A stretch of DNA of 64,000 nucleotides from positions 3,200,001 through 3,264,000 of the forward strand of contig OZ240215.1 of assembly GCA_965197585.1 (NCBI GenBank). The letters run 5' to 3'. Numbering within the stretch: the first letter of the stretch is position 1; the number at the start of each line of letters is the position of its first letter. Below, one piece after another: positions 38,377-47,656 of this stretch. The notes under the pieces are model-generated. The model searched no databases. It had not been told where the DNA came from and saw nothing but the letters and a program-made list of their open reading frames with translations. Both the position numbers and the translations under genes were made by a program. Source of the stretch: Dehalococcoidia bacterium (GTDB lineage Bacteria; Chloroflexota; Dehalococcoidia; Plut-88900).

Positions 38377-39684
38377 CTACCTGGTAGATGAGATACTCCT
38401 CAGGATTCTCTCCCGGAAGACGATGGCGAACATGAGGAGAGAAAGCCCCATCAGGCAGGCGTTTCCCGCATACACCCACGTCAGAGAGGTGGCCCCCAGC
38501 GCCAGGTATCCGATAAGCGGCCCAAGCGCCGACCCTAAGTCCTGCCAGGTCGCGTACCGACTCATTACCGTCGACCTCCGGTCCCTGGGCGCAAGGTCTC
38601 CCGCCAACGCATCCGAGGACGCCCCGACCGCCGCAGCGCTTATGAATCCCGCGGGAAGCCACAGCAAGGTCAGGGCCAGGTTTCCCGGAAAGGCCAGGAG
38701 AAGCACCATGCAGATGGAGAAAGGCGCGGCAATTAGAATTATCCGTTCCCGCCCGATCCGGTCGCCGAAAAGACCTAGGATCGGTCCCCCGAGTGCCGCA
38801 ATCCAGTTAGTGGCTAATAGAGCCCCGTTCAGCGTCGCAGTCCCTATCATCCACCCTCCTACCGACGCCCCTCCCTCGCCCAATACTTCGTTTAGGAAGA
38901 ACCCGAGTGTCGATACTACTATTCCCCCCAGCGCAAAATAGAACACAAAGGAATTAAGGAAGAGCGCTAAAAGCCGGACCGTCTTTCCGTCCCGTTCTCT
39001 TGAGGTTCTGCCCAGAAGCATCCCCTGTAGGAAACTCCCGTCTTCCTCCCTTGCGTCGGCCCTCATAGGGATGGAGATAGAAATAGCAGCCTTGTCAGTG
39101 CGCGTGGGGCTCGGTCTCTTCACAATGCCGAAGACCAGCGGAAGCGCTACTAGGCCCAACCCCGCTACTATCGAAAAGCTCACCAGGCGGCCCGTTAAGT
39201 CGAATAAGATGCCGCCAAGCAGCACCCCCACGATGCTCCCTGCCCTCTGCCCTCCGCTGGACAACCCCATCAACCGCGCTCTGTCACCCTCACGGCCGTC
39301 CTCCAGCACCGTCACGTACCCCCCGAGCCTGAGGATCGAGTAGCACAGTCCCCACAGGAGCCGGGCTATCAACAGCACGGCGAATCCGGGGCCAATCCCG
39401 TAGGCAAGCGTGGTCCCAATGGATAGCACGACAGCCAATGCCAACGGCCTCTCCATGCCGAATCGCCTGAAGAGCCGGTCCGCCAGAGGGTTGCTGACCA
39501 GCCTGACAAACCGGTTGGCGCTCAAGAGCACCCCAACCATCCCCGCCGACACCGCAAACGCCGACACATTGGTAGGCAGCACGGCATACATCATGGAATC
39601 GCCCATGATGACCGCGGCGACGATGGCAGTGATTGTCAGCACCCGAGGAGGCGCTAGCCCATAGAACCTCGATCTACCCCTCAT
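38377..39684 (-). CDS. MFS transporter
   Basis: About 12 TM segments; G.FGDRIGR motif A in the second half. Confidence 0.9.
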   Translation of the reverse strand: MRGRSRFYGLAPPRVLTITAIVAAVIMGDSMMYAVLPTNVSAFAVSAGMVGVLLSANRFVRLVSNPLADRLFRRFGMERPLALAVVLSIGTTLAYGIGPGFAVLLIARLLWGLCYSILRLGGYVTVLEDGREGDRARLMGLSSGGQRAGSIVGVLLGGILFDLTGRLVSFSIVAGLGLVALPLVFGIVKRPSPTRTDKAAISISIPMRADAREEDGSFLQGMLLGRTSRERDGKTVRLLALFLNSFVFYFALGGIVVSTLGFFLNEVLGEGGASVGGWMIGTATLNGALLATNWIAALGGPILGLFGDRIGRERIILIAAPFSICMVLLLAFPGNLALTLLWLPAGFISAAAVGASSDALAGDLAPRDRRSTVMSRYATWQDLGSALGPLIGYLALGATSLTWVYAGNACLMGLSLLMFAIVFRERILRSISSTR

Positions 39685-39810
39685 ATTGCGACCACTCTAA
39701 CATTGGCCCGGCGTATTAGCCCCCTCACCTTGACAATAATGACGCGTGGGTGTTCCATTACCCCGCTCCCGACAGGAAAGCTACACCCTGCGACTTAAGG
39801 CTGAAATAAC

Positions 39811-41094
39811 ATGCGACTCGACCTGGCATCATTTAACGTAGACCGTATCGCCCTGGCTAACGAGACCCGCCTCTCCGACGGAGAATTGCGTGTCGACGCA
39901 GGTGCCGTGAAAGACCTCGTCCTCTCCGAGGACCTCTTCGAAGACGTTCAGGTCCACGCCGTACACCCCGGAGACCAGGTCCGCATTCTTCACGCTCTGG
40001 ACGTTGTCGAGCCGAGGCACAAGGTGTCGGGGCCGGGTCAGGTGTTTCCGGGTGTCCTGGGTCCCCCGCTCCCCGTGGGCGAGGGCCGGACTCATTGCCT
40101 GAGGGGTATGACAGTGACCACCGCAGGAGAGGCAGTGCGGGGGGAGCCGGTCTACTGGCGGGAGGCGATTATTGACATGTTCGGCCCGGGCGCCGACTAC
40201 ACCCCCTTCTCCCGCACGGCCAACCTGGTCCTTGAGATCAAGGCCCGACCAAACGACGAGCCGGATGCTGAGGAAGACAACACGATAATGGGCTCGGGGT
40301 ATTCGGCAACATATAACAAGGCCGTGCGTAAGGCCGGATTCAAGGTGGCAAGCTGGCTGGCGAGCCTGACCGCGGATATGACACCCGACTCCGTGGATGT
40401 GCTGGAGCTTGGCCCCGTGGACCCGAGCCTGCCCAAAGTCTTCTACGCCTGCCAGGAGTCCACCCAGTTCCTCTACGGAGAGGTGATGGGTTGGCAGCCT
40501 ACGCTCCTTCACCCCAACGAATACGCGGACGGCGTGATATATCGTGCCTTCAACGGCCCCGGCAGCATCAGGGAAGCGACCTACTTCTATCAGAACCACC
40601 GGGTCGTAGCTGACATGTACGCCCGACACGGTAAGGACATAAATTTCGGTGGGGTGGTGCTGTACCCGTTCGGCAGCGAAAAGGTGGAGGAGAAGGAGAG
40701 GATCACCAGCTTCGCGGCCAAGCTGTTGGCTATGATGAAAGCCAACGGCGTGGTCATTTCCTTTGTTGGAGGCGGGCACCCGGGCATCGACCCCATGCTC
40801 CTGTGCCAGAAGTGCGAGCAGTTGGGCATCCGCACCACCCTCATGTACCCCGAGATGGCTGCTGGCCCGTCGGACCCCGGCTTTGTCCATTTCGTTCAGG
40901 AAGCCGACGCTGTGGTGAGTGTCGGCAACTACGAAGAGATCGTCACCCTACCCCCCGCCCCGAAGGTCATCGGCGGGACCACCGTCCACCTGACGGACCT
41001 CGACGCTCACGGCGAACTACCCCTTACCATCAGGCACATATACGGGGCCTCCAGCCCCCTGGGAGATTGGACGCTTGCCGGCGTCCAGTATTAG
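39811..41094 (+). CDS. Glycine/sarcosine/betaine reductase component B proprotein-like (GrdE/PrdA family), copy 1
   Basis: LDVVEPR.K, FPG..G, G.GRT..L, EAIIDM.GPGA.YTPFS, PTLLHPNE..DG, HGKDINFGGV. Confidence 0.85.
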   Translation: MRLDLASFNVDRIALANETRLSDGELRVDAGAVKDLVLSEDLFEDVQVHAVHPGDQVRILHALDVVEPRHKVSGPGQVFPGVLGPPLPVGEGRTHCLRGMTVTTAGEAVRGEPVYWREAIIDMFGPGADYTPFSRTANLVLEIKARPNDEPDAEEDNTIMGSGYSATYNKAVRKAGFKVASWLASLTADMTPDSVDVLELGPVDPSLPKVFYACQESTQFLYGEVMGWQPTLLHPNEYADGVIYRAFNGPGSIREATYFYQNHRVVADMYARHGKDINFGGVVLYPFGSEKVEEKERITSFAAKLLAMMKANGVVISFVGGGHPGIDPMLLCQKCEQLGIRTTLMYPEMAAGPSDPGFVHFVQEADAVVSVGNYEEIVTLPPAPKVIGGTTVHLTDLDAHGELPLTIRHIYGASSPLGDWTLAGVQY

Positions 41095-41104
41095 CGAGCT
41101 ACTA

Positions 41105-42406
41105 ATGATGCGCTTGGAACTTGCCCGCCACCACGTCCACGAGATTCGCTTCTCCGATACGACCCATTTCTCCGACGGCGTCCTCCACGTATCCAAGGAT
41201 GCGATACGGGAGATTGTTACTAGCTCGGGCCCTTTCCAGGACGTGGAGTTGCATGTTGCTAAACCGGGAGACAAGACCCGCATAATCAACGTCTTGGACG
41301 CGGTGGAGCCGCGTCATAAGGCGTCGGGGTCGGGTACCGTGTTTCCCGGTATGGTCGGCGCCCCTGTCACGACGGGCGAGGGACTGGACCACGTTCTCGA
41401 AGGCATGGCGGTCATAACTGTCGGTGAGCCCGCCCCCGGCGAGTCCGTCCACTGGCGAGACAGCGTCGTCGACATGTGGGGCGCGGGCGCGCAATACACG
41501 CCGTTCTCCAAAACCATCAACCTCGTCGTCCATATTAAGGGGAAGAGTGAGTTCGATGCGGAGGAAGTGCAGAAGCAGGAGTGGCTGGATGCAATCGATG
41601 GCTCAGACTATTCCCGGGCCTACAACTTTGCAGCCCGCAGGGCCGGATTTAAAGTTGCCGACTTCCTCGCCTCCGCCGCCCGAGACTCAGTGCCTGACAT
41701 CAAGGAAGCCCTGGAGCTCCCTCCAGTGGCCGATGACCTGCCTCGCGTCTTCTATGTCTGTCAGCTTCACCGCGACAGGTGGCTCTACGCCGAGAGAATG
41801 GGCTGGCAGCCGACATTCGTACACCCCAACGAGATCTTCGATGGCGCCGTATTCAGCAGCTTCATGGGCCCCGCAGGGTCCCGGGACTGCAGCTACTTCT
41901 ACCAGAACAACCCGGTAATAAGACAACTCTACAGCCGTCACGGTGCCGACCTGAACTTCGCCGGGGTGCTCCTTTGGTTCTACGGCCCCATGAGTGTCGA
42001 TGAGAAAGACCGCATCGGCGGCTATGCCACCAAGCTGCTTCGGATGGTAAATGCCGATGGGGCAATCCTTACCTGGATCGGTGACGGACAGTCGGGAGTC
42101 GACGTCATGATGATGTGCCAGAAATTTGAGCGGGCGGGGATACACACCACCGTCCTCAGCCCCGAGATGGCTCTCACCGCTGACGACCCAGGCTTCGTCC
42201 ACTACGTGGAGGAAGCCGACGCCCTCGTCAGCACCGGCAACTACGAAATGAACCTGGACATGCAGCCTCCGGACCGGGTCCTGGGCGGTACCCACCTTGA
42301 AGTTCGCCCCATCGACGCTGCGGGCCCCTTGTCCCTTCCCCTCAGGTTCATCTACGGTGCTGTAAACCCTGCCGGTTTCAACCGTCTGGCGGGCGTCGGT
42401 TTCTAG
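41105..42406 (+). CDS. GrdE/PrdA-family proprotein-like, copy 2
   Basis: LDAVEPR.K, VVDMWG.GAQYTPFSKT, PTFVHPNEIFDGA, NNPVI..LY.RHG. Confidence 0.85.
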   Translation: MMRLELARHHVHEIRFSDTTHFSDGVLHVSKDAIREIVTSSGPFQDVELHVAKPGDKTRIINVLDAVEPRHKASGSGTVFPGMVGAPVTTGEGLDHVLEGMAVITVGEPAPGESVHWRDSVVDMWGAGAQYTPFSKTINLVVHIKGKSEFDAEEVQKQEWLDAIDGSDYSRAYNFAARRAGFKVADFLASAARDSVPDIKEALELPPVADDLPRVFYVCQLHRDRWLYAERMGWQPTFVHPNEIFDGAVFSSFMGPAGSRDCSYFYQNNPVIRQLYSRHGADLNFAGVLLWFYGPMSVDEKDRIGGYATKLLRMVNADGAILTWIGDGQSGVDVMMMCQKFERAGIHTTVLSPEMALTADDPGFVHYVEEADALVSTGNYEMNLDMQPPDRVLGGTHLEVRPIDAAGPLSLPLRFIYGAVNPAGFNRLAGVGF

Positions 42407-42494
42407 CCGGATTCCCTTTTCTCCTCGTGACTCATTTTGACGCATTTCTGTATTTACGCTAACCTACTGTCTCAGTAAGTGATATTGAGGAGAC

Positions 42495-42803
42495 ATGGCA
42501 ATGGCAGATAATAAGAAACGTCTCACATTGGACTTGGATGCCCCTCTCCAGCGTCGTCTGAAAGCCGTGGCCGCACTAAAAGGCGTGAGCATGAGGCAGT
42601 ACTGCCAATCCGCCATTGAAAAGGAACTGGATAGAGATGGCATCAACGGCACTGCTAACCACTCACCAAAGCGCGTTACCGTGGATGACTTGAGGGCACT
42701 CCACAAGAAAATATTTGGGGATAGGGTTTTGCCTGGCAATTCTGTTGACATTATCCGAGAAGAACGTGAGAAGCGAGACGAGCAACTGTGGAACAGCAGG
42801 TAG
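42495..42803 (+). CDS. vapB: RHH/CopG-like antitoxin
   Basis: KRLTLDL...LK..AALKG.SM..Y (RHH pattern); GAGGAG RBS; overlaps the PIN gene. Confidence 0.8.
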   Translation: MAMADNKKRLTLDLDAPLQRRLKAVAALKGVSMRQYCQSAIEKELDRDGINGTANHSPKRVTVDDLRALHKKIFGDRVLPGNSVDIIREEREKRDEQLWNSR

Positions 42804-43237
42804 AAGCCTTTGTTGTGGTGGATGCCGGTTTAGTTTTCAAGTGGCTGATCGTGGAAGAAGACACTGAGAAGGCAATCTCTGCGCTCCAGTTATGGGAAAA
42901 TGATGGAATTAGGCTATCTGCGCCTTACTTTATGCTAGCTGAGGTTACTAATGCACTCCATCGTCATGTGAGGAGAGGCGAGCTAACCATTCATGCAGCG
43001 CTGGATCTGCTGGACTACTTAATGACCTTGGGAATTGAGCTTCACGAATCTCCCCGCCTCCACCACCGTGCCTTGGAGCTCGCCTCCCAGCTCCAACAAG
43101 GCGCAGCCTACGACTCCCACTATCTCGCCCTCGCCGAAGCCTTGGACTGCGAGCTCTGGACTGCCGACCAAAGATTCCACCGTGTGGCTGGGTCCCTCGC
43201 CCCGAACATGCACTGGCTAGGTGAGCTAGTAATTTGA
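42788..43237 (+). CDS. vapC: PIN-domain toxin
   Basis: VVDAG, EVTNAL, YDSHYLALAE, LWTAD acidic residues. Confidence 0.92.
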   Translation: MEQQVEAFVVVDAGLVFKWLIVEEDTEKAISALQLWENDGIRLSAPYFMLAEVTNALHRHVRRGELTIHAALDLLDYLMTLGIELHESPRLHHRALELASQLQQGAAYDSHYLALAEALDCELWTADQRFHRVAGSLAPNMHWLGELVI

Positions 43238-44529
43238 AACTCGAACTCCATACCTTCGAAGTCGATGACGTCCAGTTCTCTTCCGAGACGCGCCTTTCCG
43301 GCCGAACGCTGAATGTCGACCGTCAGGCAATCCTCGACATGGTGTCGGAAGATGGCCATTTCAGCGAGGTCGAGGTCCGTCTGGTTCGCCCCGGAGAAGA
43401 CACCCGCCTCATCAACGTTCTGGACGTTGTGGAGCCCCGGCATAAGGTGTCGGGGCCGGGGGGTATGTTCCCCGGTTTGCTGGGCCCGGCGGTCGGCGTG
43501 GGGGCCGGTCGGACCGACCGCCTCACGAACCCGGTTGTCGCCTTGTGCAGCGAACCTATGACCGACGAACCGGTCTACTGGCGAGACTCGATAATGGACA
43601 TGACCGGCCCCGCGGCCCGGTACAACCTCTTTCGGGACAACCACGTCCTCGTTCTGGCATTGAAACCGCGGCTCTTGGACGAGACCGCAGACCGAGGCGC
43701 CTCCGCCCTCACTAACCACGCATACGGTGCCGGGCACGTGCAGGACTACAATCATGCTGCGAGAATGGCCGGTCTCAGAGTGGCCGAATACCTATCGCGC
43801 TCCGCTCAGAGTGCGGCCGCGGATAGCGTCGATGTTTATGAGCTTGGTGATGCCAGGCCCGGGCTCCCCAGGGTCTATTTTGCCTGTCAGCTCGTACTTC
43901 ACAGGGTATACGGTGAATTGCTAGGCTGGCAGCCGACTCTCCTGCACCCCAACGAGCTTTTCGATGGCGCAGTCTTCAATCCCTACAACCCACCGGCCTG
44001 CGGCAGGGAGACCACCTATTGGCTGCAGAACCATCCCGTGGTTCAGCAGCTGTACGCATTACACAACCGGGAAATCGACTTTGGCGGTGTCCTGCTTCAG
44101 CGGGCACAGGTTATGAGCCAGGACGACAAGGACCGCACTACGGACTACTCCGTGAAGCTGCTGGGTATGGGAGGAGCAGATGGGCTTGTGCTCACCTGGT
44201 CGGGTTCCGGGAACCCGGGTGTCGATACCATGATGCTTGCCGCCAAGGCAGAAAAGGCGGGAATCAAGTCGACGGTCGTGAACTCGGAGATGTCCAAGTA
44301 CGCCGGAGACACGGGTATTACCTACTTCCCCCCCGAAGCCGACGCCGTGGTCTGCGCCGGCAACTACGAGGAAGAAACCGACCTGCCTCGGATGGAAACG
44401 GTCTTGGGCGGCACGATGCTGGGCAATCCGGAGATCGACGCTAGAGGACCCATGTCCCTCCCCCTGCGCTACCTCCTCGGCTCCACCAACGTCACCGGCG
44501 CCAACCGCCTCTCCAGCGTTTCTTACTGA
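43234..44529 (+). CDS. GrdE/PrdA-family proprotein-like, copy 3
   Basis: LDVVEPRHK, IMDMTGPAA, PTLLHPNELFDGA..PACGR, GSGNPGVD; TTG start overlaps the vapC TGA. Confidence 0.85.
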   Translation: MKLELHTFEVDDVQFSSETRLSGRTLNVDRQAILDMVSEDGHFSEVEVRLVRPGEDTRLINVLDVVEPRHKVSGPGGMFPGLLGPAVGVGAGRTDRLTNPVVALCSEPMTDEPVYWRDSIMDMTGPAARYNLFRDNHVLVLALKPRLLDETADRGASALTNHAYGAGHVQDYNHAARMAGLRVAEYLSRSAQSAAADSVDVYELGDARPGLPRVYFACQLVLHRVYGELLGWQPTLLHPNELFDGAVFNPYNPPACGRETTYWLQNHPVVQQLYALHNREIDFGGVLLQRAQVMSQDDKDRTTDYSVKLLGMGGADGLVLTWSGSGNPGVDTMMLAAKAEKAGIKSTVVNSEMSKYAGDTGITYFPPEADAVVCAGNYEEETDLPRMETVLGGTMLGNPEIDARGPMSLPLRYLLGSTNVTGANRLSSVSY

Positions 44530-44556
44530 GAGCAGTTAGGGAAGAGAAGATTTCTG

Positions 44557-45234
44557 CTACTCATTCAGTAGTTCGGGATGGAGCACCGTCCTGAACGTCA
44601 GTGACAATCGGCGGTTCCGGTCTCGTCTCCCCCATGGTGCTTGCTCGCTCTTTCGCGGAGCAATGCCATGTTGCCACACATGACGAGCATCGGCAGTCAT
44701 TAGAACGCAGGAACCCCGTTGTAACAGGGCGGGGGATTTGTCCTTCCAATTCTTTGAAAAGTCCATCTCCCAGTCATCCAGCAACGATATTGTGCAGACT
44801 GTCGGCCCAAAACCGTGATGGTCTGTATGTGTCGCTATGCCCTGCCCTGGCTTGTATTCATTTACGATGACCTGCTCGGGCACCCGCTTGAATAACCCCG
44901 TTTCGTCATACAATTTCTTGGACAGTCGGGCTAGCCAATCGGGAAGCGGGCCAACATGCATATCTGGAGTGATAGAACGCGCTTTGTAATCGTAAAGCCA
45001 GCCGTAGTGCTGCACCCGGCGCCGCAAGTCTTCTCGCCACATTTCCTTAGCGGCATCAACCTGCTTCACACACGCGGCCTGTTCTTCAGGCGTTAAAAAT
45101 CCATGCCATATTTTCAAACCAGGGATCATATTCACGTCCTGCAACCCAGACAGACTACTAACCTCAAAGTTAATATGACGAGGAGTCACTGGGGGAATAA
45201 TGGCAATATCGGGAAAAGACATTTGAAGCGACAT
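44557..45234 (-). CDS. AlkB-family 2OG-Fe(II) dioxygenase (ALKBH8/6-like motif set)
   Basis: RRVQHYG..YDY, VNEYKPGQGIATHTD (HxD), WQHGI, RLSLTFR. Confidence 0.92.
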   Translation of the reverse strand: MSLQMSFPDIAIIPPVTPRHINFEVSSLSGLQDVNMIPGLKIWHGFLTPEEQAACVKQVDAAKEMWREDLRRRVQHYGWLYDYKARSITPDMHVGPLPDWLARLSKKLYDETGLFKRVPEQVIVNEYKPGQGIATHTDHHGFGPTVCTISLLDDWEMDFSKNWKDKSPALLQRGSCVLMTADARHVWQHGIAPRKSEQAPWGRRDRNRRLSLTFRTVLHPELLNE

Positions 45235-45251
45235 CTTGGTAACTCCCAGAT

Positions 45252-46013
45252 TTACTTAGAATATAGTGAAGCGATTCTCAAAGACGTTCCACACTTACTT
45301 TTCATAGATATACCAAAACTCTTCAATTTTTCCCGAAAGAGATCCCAGGCTGCATCAAACTGGCAGGACCAACTGCCCGTGCTGGCATCGACAGCCACCA
45401 AGTTGCACAAAGGTAAACCACCTAGCATATTATACGCTTGGGCTACGATCTGTGCGAATTCATAGATGGCCTCATCGGCATTATCTTGCCCATATACTTG
45501 TACCAACACATGGCCAAAGGTGATGGTGTAACTTGTACCATCTGCGTGATTTTCCTTCAACTTGACCAATAAGGCATCCATATCTTGATAATATTGCAGA
45601 TCAGGGTAGCCAGGTATCTTATCCGATAATCTGTTCCTTATTTTACAAGCGAGACACAACATCGCTGGGCTATGGTCCAAGCCGTACAGGCTGATACGAC
45701 TAAGTTCGACTCCTTTCTCAGTTGCCCAGTCAACAAATGCCCATGAGAATGGTCCTGCTCCACAACCGATGTCGATATGAGCTATTCGCCCTCCAACCTC
45801 GGCTAAGTTAGCTAGCATCTTCCTATAGATGTCATACCGATAATCTGATTGAGTATTAAGTTCCTTGCCAAGATATGCATCGGTATATTGAATTACATTT
45901 ACGAATGTAGCGTTCTTACTTATTTGATGTGAAGGCTTATGTGAGAGTGCCTCTATGCACCGCTCCTCCATAATCTCTCGTATGATAGTCTGATAGTGAT
46001 CCTTGACCGACAT
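45252..46013 (-). CDS. Class I SAM-dependent methyltransferase-like protein
   Basis: HIDIGCGAGP (motif I), YGLDHSPAM (motif II); GGAGG RBS; AT-rich. Confidence 0.78.
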   Translation of the reverse strand: MSVKDHYQTIIREIMEERCIEALSHKPSHQISKNATFVNVIQYTDAYLGKELNTQSDYRYDIYRKMLANLAEVGGRIAHIDIGCGAGPFSWAFVDWATEKGVELSRISLYGLDHSPAMLCLACKIRNRLSDKIPGYPDLQYYQDMDALLVKLKENHADGTSYTITFGHVLVQVYGQDNADEAIYEFAQIVAQAYNMLGGLPLCNLVAVDASTGSWSCQFDAAWDLFREKLKSFGISMKSKCGTSLRIASLYSK

Positions 46014-46256
46014 GCTGAAATAGCCTCCAATCTTCTTTTCTGAATACAGGATAAGGCACTATCCCCTTGATCGCTACTAAGAAACCGGCCTTATGTTACT
46101 GAAGGCATGATGTGTGGTAGCACCCCCCTGTGACATCAGCTTCTTGCCCCTCCCCACCCCACCCCCTCCATAATGGCCCATCCCATACAAGCCGTATGCT
46201 CCATCAGTTGGGTTGTCCCACGCAGTGTGCCCAACGCCCTGAACATGTGATTTTTC

Positions 46257-46336
46257 TTGACATACTGGTAGGGTTTTGGTAACTTATTGGCGATGAAAAT
46301 CCCCTGAGAGCTCCCGTGCTTCAAGGGGTTTTTTGT
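46257..46336 (+). promoter_or_regulatory. Promoter followed by a leader hairpin and U-tract upstream of fbp
   Basis: TTGACA-N17-TAACTT, then AAAATCCCCTGA...TCAAGGGGTTTTTT. Confidence 0.55.
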
Positions 46337-46428
46337 TGTTGGCGGCAGTCTATTTTTCATTGGGACGCGGCTTGCCGCCGGAGAATTTATGAAGGCTCAC
46401 CATTGACGGTCGGGAAGGCTGGCGCACC

Positions 46429-47607
46429 ATGAAACTCACCCTTTCGGTTATTAAGGCGGACGTAGGCTCCATCGGCGGGCACACCAAACCCTCGGAACGC
46501 ATGATGGAAGCGGTCCGCTCAGACGTACGGCAGGCCAGGAGCAAGGGCCTCATTATTGATGGATTCGTCTCCCACACGGGAGACGATATCGCGATAATTA
46601 TGACCCACACCCGAGGCACAGACGACACGGACGTCCACCAGTTCGCGTGGGACAGCTTTATCGGTGCGACCGGGATAGCTCAGGAAACGGGCCTGTACGG
46701 TGCTGGACAAGACCTGCTGGTCGACGCCCCGTCCGGCAATGTCCGGGGCGCGGGCCCCGCCGTAGCCGAGATGGAGATCAACCACGAGCCCGTCAAGTCC
46801 AACAAGGTCCGCCCCGCCGAGTCCTTCTGTGTCTTTACCGCCGACAAGTGCGGCCCCGGCGCATACAACCTCCCCATCTTCCTCGCCTTCGCCGATCCTA
46901 TGTACTGCGCAGGTCTCATGCTCCCCAAGTTGATCGGGGGCTTCAAATTCCGAATAATCGACATGGAGAACGTCGGTGGCGACAGCGTCATTGAGCTGAA
47001 CGCTCCCGAGGACTATTACAAAATTGCCATCCTCCTGCGGGACAACGAGCGCTTCGCCATCGAATCGATTTCCTCCAGGACCTTCGGCGAGCCCGCGGTC
47101 GCTATTTCGGCGCAGAGACTCCACAATATCGCCGGCACCTACACCGGTAAAGACGATCCCGTGGCCCTGGTTAGGAACCAGGGCATCTTCCCCGCCCCCG
47201 AGGAGATACTGTCCCCCTTCGCAAAGGCCCACTACGTCGGCGGAGACGCCCGCGGCTCCCACGTCATGCCTCTCATGCCCGTGGCCCTCAACACCGCCGT
47301 TACCGGTATATACTGCCTTCCCCTGATCGCCTGTGTTGGCTTCTCAGTTGATGCCGCAGGACACTTCTCGGAGTCTTGGATTGACATGTTCGACAACGTG
47401 GCATGGGACTCGGTCAGGTACAAGGCACAGGAAAAGGCGATGGAAATGCGCTCCCAGGGCTGGTCCGGCGCAGCGATGCTTCCCTACACCGAGTTGGAGT
47501 ACAGCGGCTTCCGGAACGTGGTGGAAGACCTGATTAGCAGGTTCGCCATCCAGAACGGCCAGAAGTCCGTCGAGGAAACGGCTGCCACTATGAAATCGGT
47601 GGGCTAG
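46429..47607 (+). CDS. fbp: Bifunctional fructose-1,6-bisphosphate aldolase/phosphatase (class V)
   Basis: SVIKADVGS.GGH, GDDI, LYGAGQDLL, GNVRG.GP, YTGKDDP (Schiff-base Lys). Confidence 0.95.
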   Translation: MKLTLSVIKADVGSIGGHTKPSERMMEAVRSDVRQARSKGLIIDGFVSHTGDDIAIIMTHTRGTDDTDVHQFAWDSFIGATGIAQETGLYGAGQDLLVDAPSGNVRGAGPAVAEMEINHEPVKSNKVRPAESFCVFTADKCGPGAYNLPIFLAFADPMYCAGLMLPKLIGGFKFRIIDMENVGGDSVIELNAPEDYYKIAILLRDNERFAIESISSRTFGEPAVAISAQRLHNIAGTYTGKDDPVALVRNQGIFPAPEEILSPFAKAHYVGGDARGSHVMPLMPVALNTAVTGIYCLPLIACVGFSVDAAGHFSESWIDMFDNVAWDSVRYKAQEKAMEMRSQGWSGAAMLPYTELEYSGFRNVVEDLISRFAIQNGQKSVEETAATMKSVG

Positions 47608-47656
47608 CCCTTCCCCCTGAGACCCGGTCATCAAACCGCCGGACAGCTCCCGTAGG

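Noticed and set aside
44527-44570. Selenocysteine read-through of the TGA ending GrdE-like copy 3
   Set aside because: The C-terminus aligns with the TAG-ended paralogs, and read-through adds only about 14 residues with no UxxC context.
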